In this document: in pieces, positions 11,201-19,806 of the stretch
Layout: each line of letters begins with the position of its first letter
How positions within the stretch are numbered: position 1 is the stretch's first letter
Assembly (NCBI GenBank): GCA_024704765.1
Contig: JAKMXF010000354.1
Span: 977,690 to 1,041,689, forward strand
Direction: 5' to 3'
Length of the DNA: 64,000 nt
Origin: Oopsacas minuta
Taxonomy: Eukaryota > Animalia > Porifera
The notes under the pieces: generated by a model
Databases searched by the model: none
Told to the model about the DNA's origin: nothing
The model's input: only the letters and a program-made list of their open reading frames with translations
Position numbers and translations under genes: made by a program

Positions 11201-14200
11201 CACTTCGTTATATCTGACTTGGTAACTTATACAACTTACTAGCCGCAACTCCGCCCTCTGGGCGGATATTCTGCTAATTCCTGCGAATGCTTTTTTGGAC
11301 CTTCGGCCCTCAAAATTGTCTTTAGAGTTTGCGAACGCTATGCGTCCGCATGTAATAGCTCTCAGTTAACAATCAAAAGCATGATAGGTGCTCCGATTTT
11401 GAGTGATAACCTGTGAGGTGGTAATCCTGGTGGTTGCAAGGAGTTTAGAAACTCAGTTGAATATTGAACAGCATTATTCTGATCCACTACGGTGTCTATT
11501 GATTTTTAGGTGATATTATCACCTACTCCGAAAATGCATTGATTTATATGGCCGAGGTGATAAATTCACATATCTTATCCACAAATGGTTCGATTCGAAA
11601 AATATTTCTTAATTGAAAAGGTTGAGTACTAATTAGTCGACACACAAAATTTGGTTCGAATCGGCCCAGGCATCTCTGAGAAAACGCGCGGACACACACA
11701 TACGCACACACTTTGTTTTACATATATAGTATCTGACAAAGTAAGGAAAATAGAAGGAATTTGTTAATTGTCTCGGCGTGGACATAAGCGCGGTGGTGCA
11801 AAGATATATTTGTTTAAACTGTCATATTTCTTTCAGTTTCAAATTCCATATTGGAATACACACAGTAAGGTAGTCTTCTAGTTCGTGGTAACAGTTATCA
11901 TTCTATTACCTAAGCATATGCTATACGAATATGCTGTCACATGAGAATCCATAAGATTACGGAATAATATTTTAATAAGCATTTATTAAATTCATTATTT
12001 TTGTTAATTTTCATGGCCCGTTGATGTTTGCAAATTGTATATATGGAATTACAGCAGAGCAGAGAGGTGTCCTTTTTAAGCAGATGTGCGAACTGAGCGT
12101 GATTCATAGATATTCATAACAGCTGGTTTGTTATGGGGAATATATTTGGGATATTTTCCATTTATACTCTGACAGTTCTTTGTCAATTTCATTCTTCTCT
12201 TTGAGAAGATCCTCCTTAGTCTTCTTTAAACTTGCAAGAACCGCCTTTGCTCTGGCTCTGCTAGCAATTGTGTGTAACCTTGACTGTAGCAATCTCCTCC
12301 TTGATTTTATTTTTGAGACCTGTAGCGGGGTAGCATTAAGTGTGATAAATAATTTCTTCAAATTTTGGATTTTGGATTTGAGGATAATTTCGTCTGGTAG
12401 ACTGCTCAACAAAGAACTAAACACTAATGTATCCAGACAGCTTGGAGAATTATCGATTGACATTTGAGTTTGTTAGAATGTTAGTTTGATTGATAAGTGG
12501 ATGATCTTTACATTTTTGTGAAGATATTTATATCATTCCGAAACGTAGAATTGATAACAAGGAGTAAATATGTGTTTCCAATCGTTCCTGGGTTTTCTTG
12601 TTTCTTACAATAAGTGATGTATTCAACTCTGTTCAATTCTTCCCCAGTTTGCTTCAATCTTATAATTTCAATTTTATTATTTTGATAACAAAATATCTTC
12701 TCCTCCGAGGACATTGTGCAACTGAAAAATCTTTAAGTAAACTTTTGATATTTTTCTGTTAGCAATTGCGGCCCAAAAACAGAAAGAGATTTCCTTCGGA
12801 TAATGCATTCATTTTCAGTATTAATTCTATTTCAAATAGACTCAGTTATAATACAAACACTAATACAGTAAACTCCGGTTATATCGAACCTCAAAGGCAA
12901 CGCGATAATTACTTAGACATGTCCGTGTTAGATATAACAGGGAGTTGACTGTACTTTTATTAACTTCCTTGAGAGTGATCGAGAGGATCAAATATAATTA
13001 TATTGTGTAGGTGGTCAGGCAGATATATTCGGACTGTGTTTAGGAGATGAAATACTTTCTATTAACAGTACGAGTACTCACTCGATATCTCTTGAAGCTG
13101 TGTACTCTCTACTCGGTCAAGAGTCTGTCAGGATTGAATTCCGGACGAAACGGAGGAGACTTCCTTATTCAGTCGAAGAGATTGAGTTAATAAACACGCT
13201 CATTTGTCCCGCTCCCCCCGCAAGCACTTCTCGACTGTCCACACACGAGATCGGACCCCTGGTTATCCCCAACCCGAAGCACTTATCATTCATGAGTATC
13301 CGTGAGCTCTCAGAGCTAGAGGACCCAGACCAGGATTATGAAGAAGGAGATCTCCTCCATACTCTAATGACAGACTCACAAGAACTTAACTATAGTGTAA
13401 GACTATGGGACATAGGATCTCCCCTAGAGGAAGGATCCCTCCCTCCACACCTCAGTAGACTTACTCAATGCTGTAATGAACTATTATTTACAGAGAAAGA
13501 ATTTATTTCAGCTCTCGGCTTACTAACTGAAAGGTAAGAACCTAGTACTAATGGTATGAGGTCCATATGATCAAAGCAGCATATTATAATGACGCATAAT
13601 TGTGTAGCACTGTTGTATTAGGCAATTATAAGCTTTATCTATTCCTGGAAACAAAAAATAAGGTTATTTTTCATTATATTAATTATATTAATTATCGTTT
13701 TTGTGCTACTTTCAGTTAGTGGAATCTATTTTTACAATTTGTCCTCGGATTGTATTGGAACTAAGCATGTATCGTACGTATAATTCTGTAGCAGTAATCT
13801 ACTTTTTATTCTAACAATTTTGGTGTTTGTGTGTTGTATATATGAATTAGTTAATTCAGATTTCTGGAAATTACTAGAAATATTTTTTGGGTTGAAAACT
13901 TTAATTTTTAACCGCGATTTTCAGTATTACATAAAAATGCCGTGAATTGATAAGGAGACAACTGTACCCGCTGTTAGCGGGGCTCCTAAAATTACTTCGT
14001 AATGTTAGGAATTTGATTTAGTTTCCTAACCTGTGATATTAGAAGAGTCATTCCGTATTATTAATTATCATTTATACTCAGTAATAATGTTGTCATGAAT
14101 TCCTAATTAACTCCAGCTTTATGCATATCTTTCGACATGTGTTTTATTGGTCCCTGATTCGTAGTATCGTTATCAATTCCATATATACATACTCATCTCT

Positions 14201-15439
14201 AGGGACGTTGTTCAATGGGGCTAGGAGTCTTTTTCTAGGTTTTGTATATGTCTGCAAATTCTTGAATTATCCCCCATAATGTGATTAGTATATTACAGCT
14301 GGACACGCATCAACTTGTTGGTGCAATGGAATGTGCTATTTAACTCTGTTTGTTCGTCTGAATAATACTGAACACCTGGAATATAGCCTGGTGGTTGTCT
14401 ATCAAACAACCTACGCATTGTTAATTATTAACAGAATTATATTGGTAATATTTTAAGATATTTGAAGTCACTGCAACATGAATCTTTTGTGAGTCAAAGT
14501 GAAATAACTTGTCTCTGTGAAAAAACCCAGCAAATACTTGCCAGACAAAACGACTTATTTTCACAATTACAGACAGCCCTTGGTTCACAAAAAGATGACA
14601 GCACTGCTACGAATTTAATACTCAAAATTTCTAATTTGTTCATTCAACATTCACACAATTTTCGTCTGTTCAGTATATTCTGTACGAGCTATAGGAATGC
14701 TCAGGAACTAATTAACACAGACAGTGAGGAGGTGCTCGCCTTCTTTGGAGCTAGAAACCCTCATAATAAACATGAGCTCAGGTTTGACTCCCTCCTGGCT
14801 CTGCCCATACAACGTATCTTGCGTTACCCCTTGTTCTTACGTAACATGAGAGATAGCGTTAGCAAAGGGAGTGAAGAGTACAAAAGTATTTCCAATGCAA
14901 TTCAGATAATGGATAGAGTAGCGGGCTATATTGATGAGATACAGTACATGAGTGAGAAATTCTCGAGCTTATTTAATGGAATACTGACTGATTCAGGGCT
15001 GAGGAAAGTTGGAGTACACGTAGATATCGCCGAACTGAAACACAAGTTTGATGTAACTTGGCTGAATCCAACTGAAGAGACGGGGAAATGGAAGAAAAAG
15101 GGAGATGGACCAGAAATGACTCTATTTCTACTACCGCGGCTACTGATAGTAATTTCGTATGACAATAAGTTTAAACTGAAACTTTCAAAACACGGTATAG
15201 TCGAGTACAAAGAACTGGACGACCTAGTACATTACAAACTGGCTCTACTACTGTTCTATTGCACATTTAAAGACTTTCCAGATAGCGACGGAGTGAGCAA
15301 TATGGTCTCGATTGGAAGTCAAGGCATTGAACAAAAAGTTAACTTAATCATAAAGTGTAAGTCTAGACCAGAAAAGGCGAGATTAATTCGAGAATTTAAA
15401 TGTGCAATTGAAAAGGTCAGGTCCTTACAGAACTCTTAA
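2224..15439 (+). CDS. TIAM1: TIAM1/TIAM2-like Rac guanine nucleotide exchange factor (PHn-CC-Ex, RBD, PDZ, DH, PHc), multi-exon; 5' end uncertain
   Basis: Exons joined at GT-AG sites with matching phases: 2224-2412, 2470-3112, 4157-4443, 4632-4906, 5615-5819, 7773-8087, 8683-8917, 13011-13533, 14458-15439 (3654 nt, in frame). Motifs: PH ([15 protein letters not shown]...[11 protein letters not shown]), CC-Ex ([19 protein letters not shown]...KKLGLFT), RBD ([16 protein letters not shown]), PDZ (LGFSIEV...[12 protein letters not shown]), DH ([10 protein letters not shown]...[12 protein letters not shown]...[16 protein letters not shown]). First ATG is either 2338 or on an unidentified upstream exon. 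Confidence 0.85.
3177..4025 (-). CDS. DECR2: Peroxisomal 2,4-dienoyl-CoA reductase (SDR family), nested in a TIAM intron
   Basis: [55 protein letters not shown] and a C-terminal PTS1 (SKL). First ATG at 4025; the track start at 4088 is TTG. Intronless. Confidence 0.95.
   Translation of the reverse strand: MDVCLDSYTHKYVPDLLKGKVAFITGGGSGIGFRIAELFMRHGCDCVIASRSLSRVEEAAVGLREGTGRKCLPIKMDVRKYPEVENAVREAMREFGKIDILVNNAAGNFLCPVSGMSSNAFKTVMEIDTLGTFNLSKCVYTHCFSQPDRSGVILNISATLHYQGVALQAHVGAAKAAIDALTKHLAVEWGPEGIRVNAVAPGPISGTEGMRKLRGDVTDQMITANIPLQKIGTRTEVAETAVFLCSCLADNITGEILVVDGGSKLTSGNESYHRLRAFRSKL
4941..5552 (-). CDS. SPATA24: Spermatogenesis-associated protein 24-like coiled-coil protein, nested in a TIAM intron
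   Basis: [17 protein letters not shown]...[15 protein letters not shown]...[13 protein letters not shown] matches the remembered SPATA24 core (EVLSKQLEKEKLAFEKA...VLQESSKKDQLITKC). ATG at 5552; the track start at 5564 is TTG. Confidence 0.75.
   Translation of the reverse strand: MSDHLLPSHYTVSKQIVDCILLQDQLVKDLITHKQRRDTTLPPSPPQSVVSVQSSVTDGFLEIQNLEAQLECLKQEKEILGEKLEAETERAERSTAESEILSKQLEREKETFENAFGLMRTRALQENSKNEDLSTRCAALEAMLTKKDQELASKDEKIRELNGQLKKHKEAHKHLLSDMSLKMQQELFIDKMVATGTSKKQKK
5906..7348 (+). CDS. SLC2A8: MFS sugar porter (GLUT6/GLUT8/Tret1-like), intronless, nested on the same strand as TIAM
   Basis: 12-TM pattern with sugar-porter motifs: [73 protein letters not shown]. Confidence 0.85.
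   Translation: MIKYLKSQSLWQDSSWEVLLVTLIANLSTFKLGFGLGYSSPTSLEFLQSGLLSLYTFPIFSSIYALGVGIGCVCVVPFLKVFGRKLVLILSTLISTGSYLIIASSSGATQLIIGRVIAGISAGLCFTTVPIYIGEVSHFKVKGFFAGFFGLSLRFGTLSAYIFGLFLSFRWLALITVFIDVLYTPSLMFICYSPTWLISRRLHKRGVSVLVRLGRSEEDAVSEGEEVEKVLTQRAFTGIKERLLSLFQKYHFKALAIGLTYMIFEPMTGTDVIDAYATRILSETNFILSNPKTASLFFPLFAIAANLILLALVDRVGRKVLTIISGAGIILCLFAMSIYVYVTDGILSTDVNTTSDGYLGVLPVVSLAGVRFLHGLGWGSVGFILLGELFPLKVRSTLAGISSLGSWLVIFIVLLLFPFLSQLIGYGSTFFLLALINILSLLFVIFFLPETKRKSVEELEELFRERFVFCLCRDISLRNY
9005..9130. mobile_element. Short dispersed repeat, probably a hAT-type MITE remnant; related copy at about 36964-37112
   Basis: Shares CCCAT(A/T)GACTGCAATAGA and GGACCCCAGG with 36964-37112. Termini are degraded and no TSD was found. 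Confidence 0.35.
9461..9468 (+). promoter_or_regulatory. TATA box of bZIP gene A
   Basis: TATAAATA about 50 nt upstream of ATG 9517; equivalent boxes precede the other two bZIP ORFs. Confidence 0.45.
9517..9843 (+). CDS. Small Maf-like bZIP protein A (108 aa)
   Basis: [18 protein letters not shown] (Maf extended-homology-like), basic region [14 protein letters not shown] (compare Maf RRTLKNRGYAQSCR), then a Leu/Lys heptad zipper. ATG start with upstream TATA. Confidence 0.7.
   Translation: MENELLELAQYLWKPPRNDDLSEQEIQELDLITLRRRLTEKSATKEEFESVSVTRRKLKSRVYAQDARDRHRVEMLRLKQLKKKLEDEKKNLLIQIKSFENSINIKNH
9911..9970. repeat. Tandem 14-bp minisatellite, about 4 copies of (C/G)TGTTTCTG(G/C)TCTG
   Basis: Read directly: ctgtttctggtctg gtgtttctggtctg gtgtttctgctctg ctgtttctgctctg. 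Confidence 0.85.
10307..10591 (-). CDS. Small Maf-like bZIP protein B (94 aa)
   Basis: Basic region [18 protein letters not shown] followed by zipper [30 protein letters not shown] at 10654-10647 upstream. Confidence 0.65.
   Translation of the reverse strand: MTSKTIPTKFEMIHSNIVRLRQVFQDMEASAQFRNKIRVYRRMMKSREYARRHREKNNKYYCNLQAQKIKLKKEKRELEEEVKFYKFYLNKALY
11239..11730 (-). mobile_element. Non-autonomous Helitron with a PIF1-helicase fragment (copy 1)
   Basis: Minus strand encodes [41 protein letters not shown] (Helitron helicase motif). The 3' end has hairpin CCGCCC-AGA-GGGCGG followed by CTAG|T. Near-identical inverted copy at 32885-33328. Confidence 0.85.
12131..12463 (-). CDS. Small Maf-like bZIP protein C (110 aa)
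   Basis: [18 protein letters not shown]...[22 protein letters not shown] followed by zipper [30 protein letters not shown] at 12532-12525 upstream. Confidence 0.65.
   Translation of the reverse strand: MSIDNSPSCLDTLVFSSLLSSLPDEIILKSKIQNLKKLFITLNATPLQVSKIKSRRRLLQSRLHTIASRARAKAVLASLKKTKEDLLKEKNEIDKELSEYKWKISQIYSP
12866..12951. mobile_element. Tc1/mariner-pogo-type MITE (86 bp)
   Basis: TA|CAGTAAACTCCGGTTATATCGAAC ... GTTAGATATAACAGGGAGTTGACTG|TA: imperfect TIRs with TA target duplication. Confidence 0.7.
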
Positions 15440-15570
15440 AGTATACAATTCTGTGTATTTGGTATTTATGTTTTAGTATTTATTAAATTCATATTTATTA
15501 ACGTATTAACACATTTACATGTGTATGATTAACAATTTTGTAACATTAACTTTTAGCTACGTGTACTGGT

Positions 15571-16665
15571 ATGTCCGATACATCTGAGAAGTTGGATTCG
15601 ATCCCTTCCTCCCCTCCTAGCCCCGGAGAACTCCCGACACAGAGAGAAGAGTCCCCGAAACAATTCGGACCCTGCCCTCCACCCGTTATCGTTACAGGGG
15701 TACATACAGATGACGTAATAGACCCCCTTAGAAAAGATACAAACCACACCACAGGAGATTCTCTCTCAGATCCTCCTTCCTCTCCAGTTCCACACCCCAC
15801 TAGCCCTCCCTCCCATCCTAGAGGGACAGAGACATCCCCTCTGGTCTCCCCTGGTCCCAATAACTCACAACCTTCGAACACAAATAAAGATATACCTTAC
15901 TTCTCAGACAGATTATGTCCTGAGGGAGAGGAAATAGAATTTGACAGATTTGATCATCCTCGTATTAGACTAGATACGCTACACATGAAGGGAACAGATG
16001 ACATGAGTAACACAGATCTATGTCAGTACTTCTTAGCTTTTGGTAAAGTTAGCTTAGAATGGGTAAATGATACCAGCTGTAACATTCGTTTCCAAGACAA
16101 GACAACTGCCACACAGGCCCTGTTTAGTGTCGGATATAAACCGTTAGAATCAACAATCCCTATACAACCGGCGAGAGAAGATAAAGCTGACAGCGGGGTC
16201 TCCTCAAATGAATCTGAGGTCATGGTAGAAGTTAATCCATGGAGAGTAGCTCTACCTCATTTCAAGAATGTAAATTTAAAACTACGCTACGCTACGACAG
16301 CTGATCGGAAACAGCCAGGGGCCGCCACACGTAGTCGCTACTACATGAAATACGGGAACCCTCACCGCGGAGACCTCCATCCTGACCACTTACTATCGAT
16401 AGACAGCAAAGATAGGAAAAGACAGGTTAAGAAGCGATTAGGTGCTCAGATAAATGTCCGTAACATAGAAATGGATCAGAACTTGGAGGGGTACATAGCA
16501 GACATAGAATCCTCCCAGCAGGCCCCCTCAAAATTCCTAAAACTATACACAGACCACCGGGGACAGGATCGAGACAGCTCTGACGATAGTGACGATAATT
16601 TCATCTGTGTGGCTAAATCCAGCGTAGATCTCAGAACAAAACTCAATGCAAAGTCTAAATTCTGA
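15571..16665 (+). CDS. NCBP3: Nuclear cap-binding protein subunit 3-like
   Basis: RLDTLHMKGTDDMSNTDL...LEWVNDTSCNI (RRM-like) and LRYATTADRKQPGAATRSRYYMKYGNP, both matching remembered NCBP3 motifs. Confidence 0.85.
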   Translation: MSDTSEKLDSIPSSPPSPGELPTQREESPKQFGPCPPPVIVTGVHTDDVIDPLRKDTNHTTGDSLSDPPSSPVPHPTSPPSHPRGTETSPLVSPGPNNSQPSNTNKDIPYFSDRLCPEGEEIEFDRFDHPRIRLDTLHMKGTDDMSNTDLCQYFLAFGKVSLEWVNDTSCNIRFQDKTTATQALFSVGYKPLESTIPIQPAREDKADSGVSSNESEVMVEVNPWRVALPHFKNVNLKLRYATTADRKQPGAATRSRYYMKYGNPHRGDLHPDHLLSIDSKDRKRQVKKRLGAQINVRNIEMDQNLEGYIADIESSQQAPSKFLKLYTDHRGQDRDSSDDSDDNFICVAKSSVDLRTKLNAKSKF

Positions 16666-17007
16666 ATATGAATAGTGAAGTCATTAGATTAAACTCCCCA
16701 TCGCTTGTAAATACAATTCACTTTATCATACTGTTTAAACAAATAGCTCGTAGCTGATTTGAATACCAAAGATGCTGGAGTGTATCTAAGTAAAATCGGT
16801 TGTCTTAAGGGTACTTGTACAATAATCAGGAGGTACGGGCAATAGGTCAAATCAAATGTACAAATACCCAAACCATCAAAGTTACATCATTACGTTGGTT
16901 ATATCGAAGTAATCGTCGCGATCCTTTGAACTTTGATATATTGGCAGTTTACTGTGTTTATCTCTGATAAATACAGTATAACTATTGAAAATTTGTGTAA
17001 AATTAGA

Positions 17008-18054
17008 ATGACTAGCATATTCAGGCCTCAGAAGAAGGTAACTGTCATACCACAGGCTACAGCTATGCAGAAGCATAGAATTAGACAAGTATCTTCTGTC
17101 CGAACACACTTTCCTCAAATGCTAGAGATTGAGAAGGATTCAGAGTATCAGCTAAAATTCAAATCATCTTTGGGAACAGAACACACTTTATATCTTCAGT
17201 TTCCCTCTAATTTCCCGAATGATCGCCCTACTGTTATCGTATATCCTCCGTTAGATCATCCATGGTTCGATACTAATAATAATGTTGTTGGATTCAAACA
17301 ATTGAATGATTTCACGATGCATCAGGACTTGGGTAAAGTCTTGGATATTTTGGTTAGAGAATTGTCTTCGTTTCATCCCAACAGTGTCCCCCACAGAGAG
17401 GCAAATGCATCCCAATTCTACGTCCCTCATGCGTCGTATATTTCAGGGTCTCCCCCTGTAAGTGGCACGCCCCCCCCGGTACCTCAGGCGGCCCCCCAGG
17501 TTATCACGACAGGGAGAGAGGAGGAGCGGATACGGTGGATCAACTACGAGGCGATCGAAAATCTTGAAATTGACCGACTCAAGGAATTGGATTCTGCTAC
17601 AGACGAAGGACAGCTGCTCGGATTTGTAGACTTTGAGGGGTTTCAGGCCGAAGGGGAGAGGGAGAGAGTACGGTTACTCCAGGAGAATCTGGAGCTAGCC
17701 CAGGGGAACATACAATTAAAACCGTTTCTAGAACAGGAAAGAGAATCTCTGAAAATGAAGCAAGATACTATGCAGGAATTGCTTACACAATTCAGGTCCT
17801 TAGAACAGCAACAGAATAAACTTATGGAATTCTCAGAGTTTAGAATTATGAGAAGTCTGGAACAGCTGGCTAATGACGATAACACAGAAGCGGATCAGAT
17901 AGCTGAGGACTACTTGAGCGGGAAAATTGGCTTACAAACATTTCTGAGTGATTTCAGTCAGAAGAAGGAGAGTTCTTGTCTCAGAAGTGCAAAGCAAACT
18001 AAACTACAAAGAATACTCACTGATTGCTCTCAATACAGAGATTTTGTACCATAA
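17008..18054 (+). CDS. VPS37A: ESCRT-I subunit VPS37A-like (UEV-like N-terminus, Mod(r) C-terminus)
   Basis: FPQMLEIEKDSEYQL...LQFPSNFPNDRPTVIVYPPLDHPW and C-terminal EADQIAEDYLSGKIGLQTFLSDFSQKKESSCLRSAK. First ATG at 17008. Confidence 0.8.
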   Translation: MTSIFRPQKKVTVIPQATAMQKHRIRQVSSVRTHFPQMLEIEKDSEYQLKFKSSLGTEHTLYLQFPSNFPNDRPTVIVYPPLDHPWFDTNNNVVGFKQLNDFTMHQDLGKVLDILVRELSSFHPNSVPHREANASQFYVPHASYISGSPPVSGTPPPVPQAAPQVITTGREEERIRWINYEAIENLEIDRLKELDSATDEGQLLGFVDFEGFQAEGERERVRLLQENLELAQGNIQLKPFLEQERESLKMKQDTMQELLTQFRSLEQQQNKLMEFSEFRIMRSLEQLANDDNTEADQIAEDYLSGKIGLQTFLSDFSQKKESSCLRSAKQTKLQRILTDCSQYRDFVP

Positions 18055-18405
18055 TTACCTCCCTTGCTTCCTGTTCCTTTTGGCTTACCAGATTTGTAAA
18101 TATCTCCAGCCTTTTATTACAAACATAGAATAATAATGAATTCTCACTTCACACTGTTTGCACGTATTGCATGTAAACCGATGATATGAATGATAATAAT
18201 TGTGTTGTTTAGTGGACTGTCTTGAGAGGGAATAAATACATACAGTTGAGTTAGCTATTAGCAAGCTAAGCTCCTCCTTCCGAGGGCTTCGGGACAATTT
18301 CAACACAATCTGTGGTTGCATTAATATTATCATATGTAAATACATTGCTAGTTTTCTATTAGATAAAGGCTACGTATAATCTACTTATCTGCTCTCCCAC
18401 TAGTT

Positions 18406-19239
18406 ATGCCTGTGTGTCGCAGAGACCTCGAGGGTATAGTATGTCTTATCATATCCTATACCATATATGGACTGGCGTACTACATCATGATAGGTCACGT
18501 TATACGACCCAATTGGACAGGAGGAGCATGGGGATATATTAACGTGTTCACAATACATACAGGGGTGCTACTCAGTTTATTTTCTTATCTCCGTGCTACA
18601 TTTTCAAACCCAGGCATGGTCCCTCTTTCAGATGTGAAAATAGATTTCTCAGACTTCCCCTCTAGGGGGCGAGGGTACCTTACGGCGTACCCCTCCCAGT
18701 CCTCGGGAGAGGAGAGCCACGAGAGCCAAGAAAATTGGACAATGTGTAAATCCTGTGAGGCATACAAACCTCCACAAGCAGTGCACTGCAGAAAATGTAA
18801 AAGATGCATAAATAGACGTGATCATCACTGTGTATGGATTAATAACTGTGTTGGTGGAAGAAATAAAAAATTCTTTGTTCTATTTTGCCTCTACACAACT
18901 CTACTATGCTTCTACTTACTCACATACTCACTAGTCAGCTGGTATATACATAGACATGCCATGGAAACTATCGATATCATTTTAGTCATAATAGCTCTGC
19001 TGATATTCCTGGTATTCGGACTGTTCACAGGAGGGACCCTAGGGGACCAGTTCCTATCCTCTATATGGGACAACTACTATTCTAACAAATGGATATTCAT
19101 CAACGGGAAGAGGGTTAAAAAAATTAAAAGGCCGATAAAGATTATTTTACAAGAAATATTCGGACACAGATGGATGTGTTTATGGCTGTTACCCTGTCTA
19201 TCTCCTAACGTATCAATAACAGACACACATATCATTTGA
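18406..19239 (+). CDS. ZDHHC3: DHHC palmitoyltransferase (ZDHHC3/7-like)
   Basis: [37 protein letters not shown] plus 4 TM segments and [11 protein letters not shown]. Confidence 0.85.
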   Translation: MPVCRRDLEGIVCLIISYTIYGLAYYIMIGHVIRPNWTGGAWGYINVFTIHTGVLLSLFSYLRATFSNPGMVPLSDVKIDFSDFPSRGRGYLTAYPSQSSGEESHESQENWTMCKSCEAYKPPQAVHCRKCKRCINRRDHHCVWINNCVGGRNKKFFVLFCLYTTLLCFYLLTYSLVSWYIHRHAMETIDIILVIIALLIFLVFGLFTGGTLGDQFLSSIWDNYYSNKWIFINGKRVKKIKRPIKIILQEIFGHRWMCLWLLPCLSPNVSITDTHII

Positions 19240-19472
19240 CCGATTAGGTAACCAGGCTGTATATATCAGAATAACATACAGATTCATAATTAAGTATATT
19301 ACATTATTTTATGATATTCTAATAATTATTAGGATAAATATGGCCAAAGATTAGCCAAATAGTATTCTTGTTTATTTTTCCCCGTGGGACCGTTCAATGG
19401 GGGAAGGGAGGGGCTGACTTTGAGCATTGTGAGTACTTTAGGGCTGCCAGATAGACAGGTAATTGCTACATA

Positions 19473-19632
19473 CGTTTAACACCCGTTATATCGAAGCTCA
19501 AGGGACTGCGATAATGACTTCGAAATAACCACGATGGAATTTGACGGTTTGTGACCATATTTGTATAATTTCAAACTTCGACATAAGCGGGCATTTCAAT
19601 ATATCCGTGTTCGATATAACGGAAGTTGGCTG
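19473..19632. mobile_element. pogo/Tigger-type MITE of the same TIR family as 12866-12951
   Basis: Left ...ACACCCGTTATATCGAAG, right TTCGATATAACGGAAGTTGGCTG|TA. The left terminus is degraded. Confidence 0.55.
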
Positions 19633-19806
19633 TATATATTCACACACAATATTACAAAAATGGGGACATCAAACCATCTTAGACCTCCCCCCCTTGGATC
19701 CAACACTGTTGTCCTTCCCGAGGTGTGAAAATATTAAAATCAAGTTTGATGAATTATTTACGTACAAATACCATAGATATACAAAGTTCTAGAATAGTTA
19801 AAATTA

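Noticed and set aside
12508-12714. 68-aa ORF upstream of bZIP C
   Set aside because: No recognisable motif, and its 3' end overlaps the TATA box of bZIP C; probably chance.
12766-12948. 60-aa ORF as a TIAM exon
   Set aside because: It runs through a pogo-type MITE, and TIAM exon 8683-8917 joins 13011 directly in phase to complete the PDZ domain.
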